From contig CAVZUW010000002.1 of the NCBI GenBank assembly GCA_963778545.1, forward strand, positions 90,454 through 154,453: a DNA stretch of 64,000 nucleotides, written 5' to 3'. The notes beneath the pieces were generated by a model. That model was not told the origin of the DNA and ran no database searches. It saw nothing but the letters and a program-made list of their open reading frames with translations. Shown here in pieces: positions 20,156-31,151 of the stretch; positions within the stretch are counted from its first letter, which is position 1; every line of letters starts with the position of its first letter. The DNA is from an uncultured Actinomycetes bacterium. Lineage in GTDB: Bacteria; Actinomycetota; UBA4738; HRBIN12. The position numbers and the translations under genes are program-made.

Positions 20156-20228
20156 GCAGGCGCCGAGGTCGTCGCCACAGGTTTTGTCACTCCCGGTCCC
20201 TACGCTGCTCGGAACCAAGGAGGAGTGG

Positions 20229-21227
20229 ATGACCCAGCTCGGCTACGTGGTGCTCGGACTCGTGCTCGGCGCGGCGCTCGGAGCGGTGGTGTTCGGCACG
20301 TGGCGGCGCTCGGCCGCGACGCCCTCGACCCGGGTGGAGGCTCGGCTCGAGGTGCAGGCGGCGGAGCTGCGGCGTCTCGCCGACGCGTCGGCCGCTCGCG
20401 AGGGCTCGGCCGAGCACCTGCGCTCGGAGTTCGCGGGAGCCCGACGGGTGCTGGATGCCCTCGCGCTGCGCGAGGACGAGCGCCGCGAACGCGACGCCGA
20501 ATCGTGGGAGATCGTCCGTCGGCTCTCGACGGTGCTGGTCGGGAGCGCCTCGAAGGGCCGCGCCGGCGAGAACGTGCTTCGCGAGCATCTCGCGCAGCTC
20601 CCGCCCGGGATGCTCGTCACGGACCTGCGCGTGAACGGCCGCGTGGTCGAGTTCGGGCTGCTGCTGCCGGACGGCCGGCGCCTGCCGGTGGACTCCAAGT
20701 GGTCCGCGGTGGCCGAGCTCGAGGCGCTCGAGGCGGCGGACGACCCGATCGAGCGCGAGACGCTCGCGCGCGAGGTCGAACGGCAGGTCGCGCTCCGGGC
20801 GCGCGAGGTGGCGCAGTACCTGGACCCCTCGCTCACCGCGCCGGTCGCGGTCGCGGCGGTTCCCGATGCCGCGTACGAGGTGCTGCGACGCGCCCACGCG
20901 GATGCGTTCTCGCGCGGCGTGGTGATCGTGCCGTACTCGACCGCGCTGCCGGTGCTCCTGTTCCTGTACAGCCTCGCGCATCGCTTCGGCGACGCGGACG
21001 ACGCGCGTTCGGCGCTCGAGGAGGTCGTGTCGGTGCTCGACGCGATGCAGCTCGTCCTGGAGAACAAGGTCGCCCGCGCGGCCACGATGGTCTCGAACGG
21101 TGTCGACGAGCTTCGCTCGGGTCTCGGCAAGGCCCGCGGCTCGATCGCGCGCGGTCGAACGGCGGCGGCCGTCGCGGCCGAGCCGGACCCCGAGCTCATC
21201 GAGGGTGTGTTGAAGGCCGTCCCGTAG
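20229..21227 (+). CDS. rmuC: DNA recombination protein RmuC family
   Basis: N-terminal TM, coiled coil, KGRAGENVL, LPDGRRLPVDSKW nuclease motif. Confidence 0.8.
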   Translation: MTQLGYVVLGLVLGAALGAVVFGTWRRSAATPSTRVEARLEVQAAELRRLADASAAREGSAEHLRSEFAGARRVLDALALREDERRERDAESWEIVRRLSTVLVGSASKGRAGENVLREHLAQLPPGMLVTDLRVNGRVVEFGLLLPDGRRLPVDSKWSAVAELEALEAADDPIERETLAREVERQVALRAREVAQYLDPSLTAPVAVAAVPDAAYEVLRRAHADAFSRGVVIVPYSTALPVLLFLYSLAHRFGDADDARSALEEVVSVLDAMQLVLENKVARAATMVSNGVDELRSGLGKARGSIARGRTAAAVAAEPDPELIEGVLKAVP

Positions 21228-21250
21228 ACCGCGCGGGTACGCTGCGCGCG

Positions 21251-21580
21251 ATGGAGTTCGAGGAGACGCTCGCGACGCTGGGCTTCCACCCCGCATCGGG
21301 ACGGACGCCCAAGGGCGTGCAGGTGCTCACCGCCGAGCCGAACCCGTTCCTGACCTACACGGTGCAGAAGCTCGAGGACGGGACCGCGTTGTTCTCGTGG
21401 GAGTTCGCGGTCGGCGAGTACCTGCGGACGAAGGGGATCCAGTTCGGCTCGGACGAGACGCTGAACCAGTTCATGTTCCCGCGCGAGGACGCCCGCGGAC
21501 CGCAGGACGGCACCTGGTTGGTCGAGGCGATCGAACGCGCGGTTGCCCAGCTCGCATCCCTGCGGTTCGACCGGCCCTAG
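21251..21580 (+). CDS. Hypothetical protein, 109 aa
   Basis: MEFEETLATLGF...; coding-like GC3; TACGCT -10 seven nt before ATG. Confidence 0.7.
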   Translation: MEFEETLATLGFHPASGRTPKGVQVLTAEPNPFLTYTVQKLEDGTALFSWEFAVGEYLRTKGIQFGSDETLNQFMFPREDARGPQDGTWLVEAIERAVAQLASLRFDRP

Positions 21581-21622
21581 GAGGGACATTCCCCTTGGCG
21601 CTGCCGATGCGGAGCTAGGATC

Positions 21623-22408
21623 GTGTTCACGGTGGAGCAGCGCGATGCTCTCCGCGAGCGCGTACTGAGGCTCGGAGAACAGGACGATCGCGTCGTCGCC
21701 GGGGCCATCGTCGGCTCGCTCGCCGTCGACGCGGGGGACCGCTTCTCCGACCTCGACCTGACCTTCGGCGTCGCCGACCAGGTTCGGGTCGCCGACGTGC
21801 TCGAGGATTGGGCGCGCACACTGGTCGACGAGCTCGACGCCGTGCAGCTCGCCGAGCTCGAGCGCGGGCCGACCACCTACCGGGTGTTCCTGCTTCCGGA
21901 CGCGCTGCAGTTGGATCTCTCGATGACGCCGGCGTCTCGGTTCCGTCCCGCCGGGCCACGGTTCCGGCTCGTGTTCGGCCAGACGGCTCCGGGCGAGTCC
22001 GAGACGATGATCGGGGACCTCTTCATCCCCACGCCGGCGGTGGCAGGGGACATCTTCGGGTGGGGCGTGATCTACGCGCTCCACGCGCGCGCGTGCATCG
22101 AACGCGGGCGTGGCTTGCAGGCCGAACACTACGTCGGGGCCGTGCGCGACCACGCGCTCTCGCTCGCGTGTCTCCGCGAGGGGCTGCCCGCGGTGCAGGC
22201 TCGCAGCTACGACGATCTCTCGGCCGAGACCCTTGCTCGATCCGATGACGCTCACGTCGGCGCGCTCGAGACCGGGGCGCTCCGGACCGCTCTCGCCGCC
22301 TGCGTCGCTGCGCTTCTCCTCGAGGGCGTGGAGGCGCGACTACCGCACGCTCAGGTGGTGTCGGAGCGTCTCGCCGAGCTGAGTGACGAGCCCGATGGCC
22401 GATCCTGA
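21623..22408 (+). CDS. Nucleotidyltransferase (Pol-beta superfamily; aminoglycoside adenylyltransferase-like)
   Basis: VGSLAVDAGDRFSDLDL (GS..D.D) plus helical C-terminal domain. Confidence 0.8.
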   Translation: MFTVEQRDALRERVLRLGEQDDRVVAGAIVGSLAVDAGDRFSDLDLTFGVADQVRVADVLEDWARTLVDELDAVQLAELERGPTTYRVFLLPDALQLDLSMTPASRFRPAGPRFRLVFGQTAPGESETMIGDLFIPTPAVAGDIFGWGVIYALHARACIERGRGLQAEHYVGAVRDHALSLACLREGLPAVQARSYDDLSAETLARSDDAHVGALETGALRTALAACVAALLLEGVEARLPHAQVVSERLAELSDEPDGRS

Positions 22409-22420
22409 CGCGGCGCGGCG

Positions 22421-23357
22421 TCAGCCGAGGCCCTTCTCGTACACGTCCCAGCCGCGGACCGTTCGCATGCCGAGCCGTTCGTAGAGCCGGACCGCCCCGG
22501 TCGGGTTCGCGGCGTCGACGTTGAGCATCACCCGGGGCAGGTCGCGCGAGGCGAACGTCGCGAACGCGCGCCGCAGCAGCGCCGACGCGATCCCGCGCCC
22601 TCGCCAGGGCTTCCGCACGCCGAGCTCGCCGACCCAGCCCCGGTCCCCCCACACGACGCCCGAGAGCGCTCCGACCGCCTCGTCCCCGTCGGTGGCGAGG
22701 AGCCACAGGCTCGGGTCGTAGCTGGTCGTCTCGACCTCGAGGCTCGACCACTCCTCGAACGGGATCACGCGGTAGCCCCACTCCTCTCGGAACGCCTCGA
22801 CGAAGATCGCGTGGATCCTGGCCAGGTCGCGCTCGGGTTCGATGCCCTTGATCTCGATGCCCGGTGGGGGCTCGCCGGGTTCGGGTGGGGGCCCGTCGAG
22901 GTCGAGCTGGAGGTGCCGGAACGACCGCACGCGCTCGAAACCGCGGGAGCCGACCAAGCGCGGCTCCCGCCTGGTCGACGTCGGTGACCGCCGTGAACAC
23001 GGATCCCGACCCCGGCTCGAGCCGCTCGGCCGCCCGGGCCTCGATCCGGTCGAGCAGCACCGAACCGAGCCCGCGGCCACGGTGGTCGGGATGCACGAGG
23101 CCCCACGACTTGAGCTTGCCGTCGCCCTCGGGGGCGACGTTGGCGTGGCCGACGATCGTCGACCCCGGGTCCGTCACGACCCACGCGTCCACCGACAGGT
23201 CGAGTCCCGGCGAGGACCACTGGTCGCGGAGGAAGTCGGCGTCGAAATCGGACTGGCCCGTGTCGGCCAGGTCGTCGGCCAGCAGCATCTCGGCGACCCC
23301 GTCGAGGTCGTCGAGGGAGGCCGGCCGGATCGCGTAGCCGTCGGGGAGCGAGCGCAT
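22421..23357 (-). CDS. Tandem GNAT acetyltransferase, one +1 frame break near 22955
   Basis: VHPDHRGRGLG in the first frame; VRKPWRGRGIA and LNVDAANPTGAVRLYERLG in the second. Confidence 0.85.
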
Positions 23358-23407
23358 CCGGGGAGCCTACGGGTTGCGGTCGGGCCGAGGTCGCCGATGA
23401 TGCCTCC

Positions 23408-24762
23408 ATGGAGACGGAGACGCGGCCGCCGGGTCCGGACCTGTCCAAGCTCGCCGCGCTCCGGGCGTTCCGCAACGATCCGATCGCGCTCCTCGAGCGG
23501 CTGGCCACGTACGGGGATGTGGTCCGCGTCGACGTCCCGGGTTCGGCCGCGTTCCTGTCTGAACCATCCCGACCTCGTCCGGGACGTGCTCGTCACCGAG
23601 CACCGGTCCTTCCACAAGGGGCCGACGATCCGGGCGGCGAAGATGCTGCTCGGCGAGTCCCTGCTCACGAGCGAGGACGAGAGCCACCTCCGTCAGCGGC
23701 GCCTGATCCAGCCGATGTTCCACCACGAGCGGATCGCGGCGTACGCGGTGTCGATGGTCCGGTCCGCGGAGCGGGCCGCCGAACGTTGGAGCGACGGCGA
23801 GGAGCTCGACGTGCAGGCCGAGATGTCGGCGCTCACGCTCGCCGTGGTCGGCGAGACGCTGTTCGGGACCGACGTCGACGCGGAGCGGAGCGCGACGGTC
23901 CGGCGGGCCCTCACCGACACGCTGGGGATGTTCGACCGCGTGTACTCACCGCTGTTCCGCCTGCTCGTCCGGCTGCCCTCGCCCACGATGCGCCGCTACC
24001 ACCGCGTCGAATCCGACCTGAACCGCGTGATCGCCGAGATGATCGCCGAGCGCCGCGCCGCGGGTGCCACCGGCGACGACCTCCTCTCGCTGCTCCTGCG
24101 TGCACGCGAGGACGGGGCCGGCATGACCGACGAGCAGGTGCGGGACGAGGCGCTCACGCTGTTCCTCGCCGGTCACGAGACGACGGCGATCGCGCTCACG
24201 TGGACCTGGTGGCTCCTCGCCCGGAACCCCGACGCCGAGACGCGTCTGCATGCCGAGCTCGACACGACGCTCCCGGACCGCGAGCCGTCGGTCGGGGATC
24301 TGCCGAACCTCCCGTACACGCAGGCGGTGATCTCGGAGTCGATCCGGCTCCGCCCGCCGGCCTGGGCGATCGGCAGGACCGCCGTCGCCGGCCACCGCGC
24401 GAACGGCTACTCCGATCGCCGAAGGTTCGACCGTCGTGGTCTCGCCGTGGCTCCTGCACCACGATCCCCGTTGGTGGCCCGATCCCGAGGCGTTCCGTCC
24501 CGAGCGCTGGCTCGTCGAGGACCCCGAGCGACCGCGGTACGCGTTCGTCCCGTTCGGCGGCGGTCCGCGCGTGTGCATCGGGGAGCCGTTCGCGAGGCTG
24601 GAGGCGGCGATGCTCCTCGCGACGATCGCGCGCCGATGGCGGTTCGCGAGCCGGAACGACCGTGAGCCGGACCTGCAGGCCGTCATCACCCTGCGTCCGC
24701 GCGGGGGGCTGCCGATGCGCGTGCTCCCCAGAAGGACCGACAGACGGACCGACGGGTCCTAG
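23408..24762 (+). CDS. Cytochrome P450, two +1 frame breaks near 23557 and 24412
   Basis: LFLAGHETT, ESIR (ExxR), PERW, PFGGGPRVCIG heme motif spread over three frames. Confidence 0.9.
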
Positions 24763-25865
24763 CCCACCGGAACGGCCCGGTCCCGGTCGGCGAGCAGCTC
24801 GAGGTACTCGCCCCGCTCGCGGAACGTCTCCTGCAGCTGCTGCGAGAGCCGTTCGATGAACTCGTCCCGGTAGGTCGAGTCCACGGCCGAGGCCACCGCG
24901 TAGTACAGCGCCGAGAACGAGGCGACGCCGGCCGCGGTCCGGACCAGCTGCTTGGTGATCTCGAGCTGTTCGCCGAAGAACGGGATCGTGAACAGCTCGG
25001 TCCCCGAGGTCCCGATCCAGCTCACGCGGATCGCGGGTGTGACGAGCAGCGCCCCGAAGACCATGAAGAAGACCCAGATCGCGACGCCGACGAACGCGAT
25101 CTGCAGCGCCTGCGCGAGGAAGATCACGAGCCCCACGTTCACGCGCTGCCGCCGGCGGAGCGGGACCGCGAGCGAGCTGCCGCGCTCGAGGTCGCGGACG
25201 CTCCCCGGGAGCCGGACGATCAGGAAGATCGCCGTGATCAGCGCGAACAGCCCGGCGCCCGCGTAGAAGGTCACGTTGCTCGCCTCGCCGAACAGCTGCC
25301 AGTACTCGTTGGTGAAGAACGTCACGAGCGAGAAGAACAGCAGGAGCGGGAGCGCGCGGACCAGCAGCGTGAGGGACGCGCCGAGCAGCTGCACGAACCG
25401 CGCGGCGATCCACCGCAGGATCGAGAACACCCCGAACCCGACGACGAGCCAGATCACGCCGAGCAGCAACAGGTTGCCGAGCCCGGTGACGAGCGCGCTC
25501 GTGAGCTGCCCGCCGAACACGAGCGGGAGCACCACCGGGAGCAGGACGAACGCCGTCAGCTCGGGGACGCCGAGCTTGTTCGGGACCGAGAAGAACCGGC
25601 GGCCGCGCGAGACGTTCAGCAGCCCGAACGCCACGAGCACCAGGGTGACGCCGCCGAGCAGCGCGAGGATGTTCCAGGCCGGCGGCCAGTCCAGGTTGAT
25701 CGCACCGAGGATCTCGACCACGAACACCACCGCGAGCAGCGGGATCGCCCGGTTGAAGACGTCCTCGGTGGCCGAGTAGTCCTCGGCCAGCAGGGGCAGC
25801 CCCGCGCTGCGGAAGCGGCGTTCGAGCTCGCGGATCCGGCGGTCGCGTTCGGGCGGCTGGTCCAC
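24759..25865 (-). CDS. Conserved actinobacterial integral membrane protein
   Basis: Multiple TM helices, RALPLLLFFSLVTFFTNEYWQ, DSTYRDEF. Confidence 0.78.
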   Translation of the reverse strand: MDQPPERDRRIRELERRFRSAGLPLLAEDYSATEDVFNRAIPLLAVVFVVEILGAINLDWPPAWNILALLGGVTLVLVAFGLLNVSRGRRFFSVPNKLGVPELTAFVLLPVVLPLVFGGQLTSALVTGLGNLLLLGVIWLVVGFGVFSILRWIAARFVQLLGASLTLLVRALPLLLFFSLVTFFTNEYWQLFGEASNVTFYAGAGLFALITAIFLIVRLPGSVRDLERGSSLAVPLRRRQRVNVGLVIFLAQALQIAFVGVAIWVFFMVFGALLVTPAIRVSWIGTSGTELFTIPFFGEQLEITKQLVRTAAGVASFSALYYAVASAVDSTYRDEFIERLSQQLQETFRERGEYLELLADRDRAVPVG

Positions 25866-25941
25866 GACCGCTATCGAACCCCGCCGCCCACCCACCCGCA
25901 AGCGCCTCGCATCCGCGATGGCAGCCGGTACGCTGTCCCGA

Positions 25942-26661
25942 GTGGGGTTCGCCAGCGCGCTCGTGATCTTCGCCCACCCCGACGACGCCGAGTTCATGTG
26001 CGGCGGCACCGTCGCGGCCTGGGCGAACGAAGGCACCGACGTCCACTACTGCGTGGTCACCGACGGCTCGGCCGGCTCGAACGAACCGGGCATGACGCGA
26101 GAGGCGATGCGGCCGATCCGCGAGCGCGAGCAGCGGGCGGCGGCGGAGGTGCTCGGCGTTGCGAGCGTGTCCTTCCTCGGGTTCGTCGACGGCGAGCTGC
26201 AGGTGGACCTGGACACCCGCAGGGCCGTCACGCGGGTGGTGCGCCGGGTCCGGCCGGAGGTGCTCGTCGCGCCCGACCCCTCGCGGCTGTGGTTCGCGAA
26301 CCGGTACATCAACCATTGGGACCACAAGCAGGCGGGGACGCTCGCGCTGTGCGCGGTGATGCCGGACGCGCCGAGCCGTCCGCAGTTCCCCGAGCTGCTC
26401 GACGAGGGTATGGAGCCCTTCGAGGTGCCCAACCTATGGCTCGCCTCCGAGGATGCCGATACGTACGTCGACATCACCAAGACGCTGGAGACCAAGATCG
26501 AGTCCCTGCGTGCGCATGAGTCGCAGGGCGTAGGGGACGCGCTGGACTGGGTCCGCGAGCGCGCCCGCGAGCTCGGCGAGGAGGGTGGGTTCGAGTACGC
26601 GGAGGGGTTCAAGACGTTCGACCTCCGCGACGACGAGCAGGACGTGACGGAGCCGGTGTGA
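25942..26661 (+). CDS. PIG-L/LmbE family deacetylase
   Basis: AHPDDAE, REREQRAAA, NHWDH, AHESQ. Confidence 0.9.
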   Translation: MGFASALVIFAHPDDAEFMCGGTVAAWANEGTDVHYCVVTDGSAGSNEPGMTREAMRPIREREQRAAAEVLGVASVSFLGFVDGELQVDLDTRRAVTRVVRRVRPEVLVAPDPSRLWFANRYINHWDHKQAGTLALCAVMPDAPSRPQFPELLDEGMEPFEVPNLWLASEDADTYVDITKTLETKIESLRAHESQGVGDALDWVRERARELGEEGGFEYAEGFKTFDLRDDEQDVTEPV

Positions 26662-27176
26662 TGGAAGAACCCCTCGACGACGACGAACGCGAGACCTTCG
26701 GGCTCGAACCCGAGGAGGCGCAGAACATCCGCGCCGACCTCGAGGACCTCGAGGGGATGCGGCGCACGTTCCAGGCCCAGGGTGTCAAGGGCGTGGTGAT
26801 CGTCTGCGAGCGCTGCGAGGAGAACCACTTCTACGAGTGGGACCTGCTCCTCGAGAACCTCGAGCACATGCTCCAGACCGGCGAGTCCCAGATGCACGAG
26901 CCGGCGTTCGAGGTCCGGGAGGAGGAGTACATCCAGTGGGACTACGGCAAGGGCTACGTGGACGCGCTCGCGGACACCGGGCTCGAGCCCGACAACCGCG
27001 TCGAGGTCACGCGGTGTCCCTGGTGCGAGACGCCGGCCGATGCTCACTTCCAGTTCTGCCCGAAGTGCGGACGGTCGTTCGCGGCGGTCCGCGTCTACAA
27101 GGAGCTCGTCGACCGCGGCCTGGACGAGCGCGAGGTGCGCGCGATGCTCGTGCGCGCGGGGTTCGAACCCTTCTGA
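26658..27176 (+). CDS. DUF5319 family protein with C-terminal zinc ribbon
   Basis: EPLDDDER..DLEDL..GVKGVVIVCERCEENHF, HEPAF, WDYGKGY; CPWC..CPKC. Confidence 0.8.
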   Translation: MMEEPLDDDERETFGLEPEEAQNIRADLEDLEGMRRTFQAQGVKGVVIVCERCEENHFYEWDLLLENLEHMLQTGESQMHEPAFEVREEEYIQWDYGKGYVDALADTGLEPDNRVEVTRCPWCETPADAHFQFCPKCGRSFAAVRVYKELVDRGLDEREVRAMLVRAGFEPF

Positions 27177-27185
27177 CCCGAGGAG

Positions 27186-29684
27186 TCATCGTCCGCGAGG
27201 ACGCTCCAGGACGCACTCGTCGGGCGACTTGTCGTCGCGGAGGCCCTTGAACGAGGGCGCGCGCATCTTCTTCGTGCTCCTCGTGATCTCGAGGTACTCG
27301 ACCTCGCACACGAGCTCGGGTTCGACGAACGTCGCGCCCTTGACCCTGGCGAGCTCGGGATCGTCGATCGGCGGGGTGGGTCGCTTCAAGGGCTCGAGCG
27401 CCTCGAGGATGCGGTCCAGCTTGTCGCGCGTGAACCCGGTGCCGACCTGCCCGATCCAGATCAGCTCGCCGTCGTCGTAGGCGCCCACGAGCAGCGCGCC
27501 GAACGTCCCCGACCTGCCGCCCTGACCCGGCGTCCAACCCAGGATCACGCAGTCCTGCGTGTTGGTCAGCTTGATCTTGCGCCACTCGGGCGAGCGCCGG
27601 CCGGGTTGGTACTTGGAGCCGGTCCGCTTGGCGACGACGCCCTCGAGCCCGAGCTCGCGGGCGACCTCGACGAACGCCTTCCCGCCGCCCTCGACGTGGG
27701 TGACCACCTGGAGCCGGTGGTCCTGCTCGACGATCGTCTCGAGCAGCACGCGCCGCTCCTCGAGCGCCAGGCCGGTCAGGTCGTTCCCGTCGAGCCACAG
27801 CAGGTCGAACGCGACCAGCGCGACCGGGATCTTGCCCGAGATCCGCTTGATCTCGCGTTCGTTCGACAGGTTCATCCGCTGCTGGAGCGCCTCGAACGAG
27901 TTCTTCCCGTCCTCGTCGAACGCCACGATCTCGGCATCGAGCACCGCGTTCACCTGGTCGACGAGCTCGTGGATCATCTTCAGCTCCGGGTACTTCTCGG
28001 TCACGTCGCGCCCGTTGCGCGTCACCAGGTGCGTGGCGTCGGTCGCGATCGGCGTGATCGAGCGGATCCCGTCGAACTTGGGCTCGAACCACCAGGCGTC
28101 GTCGTCGAACGCCTTCCAGCCGCCCTCGGCCAACATCGGCGGGAACGCGGCCGGCGAGGGGATCAGCGGGGCCTCCTGGTGGGAGGCGAGGAAGGCGAGC
28201 CAGTCGGTCCGCGTCTTCACGAAGTGGAACTCGATCCCCGGGTACCTGCGGCCGTGCAGGCGGAAGCTCACCTTCGAGTCGGTCCACTCGACCGGCTCGT
28301 ACCAGCCGTCGTCGAAGATCCGCACCTCGCCCGCGCCGTAGTGGCCCTCGGGGATCGTGCCCTTGAACGACCCGTACTCGAGCGGGTGGTCCTCGGTGCG
28401 CACGGCCAGGCGCTTGTCGCCGGGTTGGGTCGGCAGTCCTCTCGGCACGGCCCACGAGGGGAGCGCGCCGTCGCGTTCGAGCCGGACGTCGTAGTGCAGG
28501 CGCGTCGCGCGGTGCTTGTGGATCACGAACGAGTTGCCCCCGCCCTCGGCGTCGCCCGGGGGAGGCTCGGTCGTGCCCTCCGGCCCGAACGACCGCTTGC
28601 GCAGGTACTCGGCCAGGTCGGGATCCTTGGAGGCGGCGATCACCTCCTCGGAGGTGCGGCGCCGTGGTGCCTTCCCCACCTCGATCGTCTTCTCCGACGG
28701 CAGCCCCACCGCCTCGAGGGCCGGTCCGAGCTCCTGATGTGAGGTCCGCACGCCCTCGAACAGGTCACCCAGCTTGTCGAACCGTTCGAAGACGTTGTCG
28801 ATCCGGAAGTCCTGCGGGGTGACGCCCTCGTCGACCTCCTCCCACAGCAGCGGCGTCGAGGCCGTCGCGCCGGCCTCGGGACGCAGCGAGTAGACGGCGG
28901 AGATGTTCGCTCCCCGGCGGTTCATGTTGTGGTCGATGAAGACCTTGCCGGTGCGCTTGTCGATCTGCCACGCCATCGTCACGTGCTCGCGGTCGGCGCG
29001 TTCGATCGTCCGGCCGAGCGTGCCGACGAAGTCGCGCACCTGGTCGTAGGACCAGCCGGGTTCGACCGGCACGTAGATCTGGATCCCGGTCGCGCCCGAG
29101 GTCTTCGGGTACCCGGTGAGCCCGAGGGCCCCGAGCGCGGCTCGGACGTGGCGCGAAACGATCAGGACGTCCTCGAAGCTCGCGCCCATCGGGTCGAGGT
29201 CGAAGAAGAAGTAGTCCGGCGTCTCGACCGTCGCGCACCGAGAGTGGAGCGGGTGCATCTCGATGCAGCCGAGGTTCGCGACGAACAGGAGCGTGGAGAG
29301 GTCGTTCACCATCAGGTAGCCGATCACGCCGTCCTTGCTGTCGTCGGACAGGACGGGGCATCGCGCGATCCAATCCGGCGTGTGCGAGGGCGCCGTCTTC
29401 TCGTAGAAGAACGGTCCCGCCATCCCGTCGGGCATCCGCTTCATCGTGAGCGGGCGTTCGCGCAGGTACGGCAGGATCAGCTCGGCGACGTTGTAGTAGT
29501 AGGCGAGGAGGTCGCCCTTGGTGTAGCCCTCGACGGGCCAGAAGACCTTGTCGAGGTTCGAGAGACGGAGCTCGCGCCCCTCGGCCTCCATCCACCAGGC
29601 GTCTCCGCGTTGCTCGACGGGGAGCGGCGTCGGGAACTCGACCGTGAACGCGCGGCCGCTGGAGGCCTTCTTGCGCGGGGACAT
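27186..29684 (-). CDS. ligD: NHEJ DNA ligase D (polymerase-phosphoesterase-ligase)
   Basis: LSNLDKVFWP, FDLDP, KTSG (Pol); HRATRLHYDVRLE, SWAVPRG (PE); EPKFDG, EGVVAKR, WRKIK (ligase). Confidence 0.95.
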   Translation of the reverse strand: MSPRKKASSGRAFTVEFPTPLPVEQRGDAWWMEAEGRELRLSNLDKVFWPVEGYTKGDLLAYYYNVAELILPYLRERPLTMKRMPDGMAGPFFYEKTAPSHTPDWIARCPVLSDDSKDGVIGYLMVNDLSTLLFVANLGCIEMHPLHSRCATVETPDYFFFDLDPMGASFEDVLIVSRHVRAALGALGLTGYPKTSGATGIQIYVPVEPGWSYDQVRDFVGTLGRTIERADREHVTMAWQIDKRTGKVFIDHNMNRRGANISAVYSLRPEAGATASTPLLWEEVDEGVTPQDFRIDNVFERFDKLGDLFEGVRTSHQELGPALEAVGLPSEKTIEVGKAPRRRTSEEVIAASKDPDLAEYLRKRSFGPEGTTEPPPGDAEGGGNSFVIHKHRATRLHYDVRLERDGALPSWAVPRGLPTQPGDKRLAVRTEDHPLEYGSFKGTIPEGHYGAGEVRIFDDGWYEPVEWTDSKVSFRLHGRRYPGIEFHFVKTRTDWLAFLASHQEAPLIPSPAAFPPMLAEGGWKAFDDDAWWFEPKFDGIRSITPIATDATHLVTRNGRDVTEKYPELKMIHELVDQVNAVLDAEIVAFDEDGKNSFEALQQRMNLSNEREIKRISGKIPVALVAFDLLWLDGNDLTGLALEERRVLLETIVEQDHRLQVVTHVEGGGKAFVEVARELGLEGVVAKRTGSKYQPGRRSPEWRKIKLTNTQDCVILGWTPGQGGRSGTFGALLVGAYDDGELIWIGQVGTGFTRDKLDRILEALEPLKRPTPPIDDPELARVKGATFVEPELVCEVEYLEITRSTKKMRAPSFKGLRDDKSPDECVLERPRGR

Positions 29685-29849
29685 CCCGCCAGGGTAGCCG
29701 TCAGGCCGACGTCAGCTCGACCGAGTCCGTGGATCCCGCGCCGGCCGGGTCGAACGGGGACGGATCCATCGCACCTGGATATGTCCTCGGCGGCGACTAG
29801 AATCCCAGTCCCTGCGTCGAGCAGGACGCCCAGGCACGAGGAGCGCGAC

Positions 29850-30746
29850 ATGCCACCTAGATCGATGTGGAAAGGGGCCATCTCGTTCGGCCTCGTCACG
29901 ATCCCGGTCGCCGTCTACCCGGCCACCGAGGAGAAGTCGCTGAAGTTCAACCAGCTCCACGACGAGGACATGGGCCGGATCCGCTACAAGCGCGTGTGCT
30001 CGGTCGACGGCGAAGAGGTCGAGTTCGACCACATCGTCAAGGGCTTCGAGGTCGAGAAGGACAAGTACGTCGTCCTGACCGACGAGGACTTCGACGCCGT
30101 CCCGGTGGAATCCAGCCGCGCGATCGACATCCAGCAGTTCGTCGATCTCGAGGAGATCGACCCGATCCTGTTCAAGAAGTCTTACTACCTCGTCCCGGAC
30201 GAGACCGGTGCCAAGGCCTACGCGCTGTTGCGCAAGGCGCTCTCGGACGAACGCAAGGTCGGGATCGCGAAGGTCAGCTTCCGCGACAAGGAGCACCTGT
30301 CCGCGCTCCGGTTCAAGGACGATGTATTCGTCCTGGAGACGATGTACTGGCCCGACGAGGTCCGGGCGGCCGAGTTCGACACCGTTCCCGCCGACGAGAA
30401 GGTGCGCGAGAACGAGGTCGACATGGCGCGTTCGCTGATCGAGAGCCTCACCGAGCCGTGGAACCCCGAGGCGTTCACCGACGCGTATCGCGAGGCGATG
30501 CTCGAGATCGTCGAGAAGAAGCTCGCCGGCGAGCCGATCGAGGCGCCCACCGAGGAGGCCCCCGCGCGCGTCGTGGACCTGATGGAGGCCCTGAAGGCGT
30601 CGGTCGCGGCCGCCAAAGACAAGACGCCCTCGGCCGGCGGCGCCAAGCGCAGCAGCGCGAAGCGACCGGCGGCCAAGAAGACCACGGCCAAGCGCGCGAC
30701 CGCGACGAAGAAGGCCGCGCCGCGCAAGAAGGCTTCCGGAGAGTGA
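29850..30746 (+). CDS. ku: NHEJ DNA end-binding protein Ku
   Basis: RSMWKGAISFGLVTIPV, IVKGFE, YYLVP, VVDLMEALKAS, Lys/Ala-rich tail. Confidence 0.96.
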   Translation: MPPRSMWKGAISFGLVTIPVAVYPATEEKSLKFNQLHDEDMGRIRYKRVCSVDGEEVEFDHIVKGFEVEKDKYVVLTDEDFDAVPVESSRAIDIQQFVDLEEIDPILFKKSYYLVPDETGAKAYALLRKALSDERKVGIAKVSFRDKEHLSALRFKDDVFVLETMYWPDEVRAAEFDTVPADEKVRENEVDMARSLIESLTEPWNPEAFTDAYREAMLEIVEKKLAGEPIEAPTEEAPARVVDLMEALKASVAAAKDKTPSAGGAKRSSAKRPAAKKTTAKRATATKKAAPRKKASGE

Positions 30747-30811
30747 GCGGGATCGGCGCGGGCCTTCGGCTCGCGGGCTAGGCTGGCCCCGTCCAGGCCC
30801 TCGGGAGCGCC

Positions 30812-31150
30812 GTGAAGCTCGTCGTCGCGATCGTCAAACCACATCGGCTCGACGAAGTGAAGGAGGCGCTCCAGGACCTCGGCGTGCACGGGCTCACCAG
30901 CACCGACGTCGAGGGATTCGGCCGCCAGCGAGGGCACACCGAGATCTACCGAGGCGCGGAGTACCAGGTCGACTTCGTCCCGAAGATCAAGGTCGAGGTG
31001 CTGTGCGAGGACGAGCAGGTGAGCGGGATCGTCGAGGCGCTCGCGAAGGCCGCTCGCACCGGCAAGATCGGCGACGGCAAGATCTGGGTGACGCCCGTCG
31101 AGCAGGTCCTGCGGATCCGGACCGGCGAGATGGGTCCCGACGCCCTCTAG
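30812..31150 (+). CDS. glnB: Nitrogen regulatory protein P-II
   Basis: GFGRQRGHTEIYRGAEY, TGKIGDGKIWV, RIRTGE. Confidence 0.95.
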   Translation: MKLVVAIVKPHRLDEVKEALQDLGVHGLTSTDVEGFGRQRGHTEIYRGAEYQVDFVPKIKVEVLCEDEQVSGIVEALAKAARTGKIGDGKIWVTPVEQVLRIRTGEMGPDAL

Positions 31151-31151
31151 C

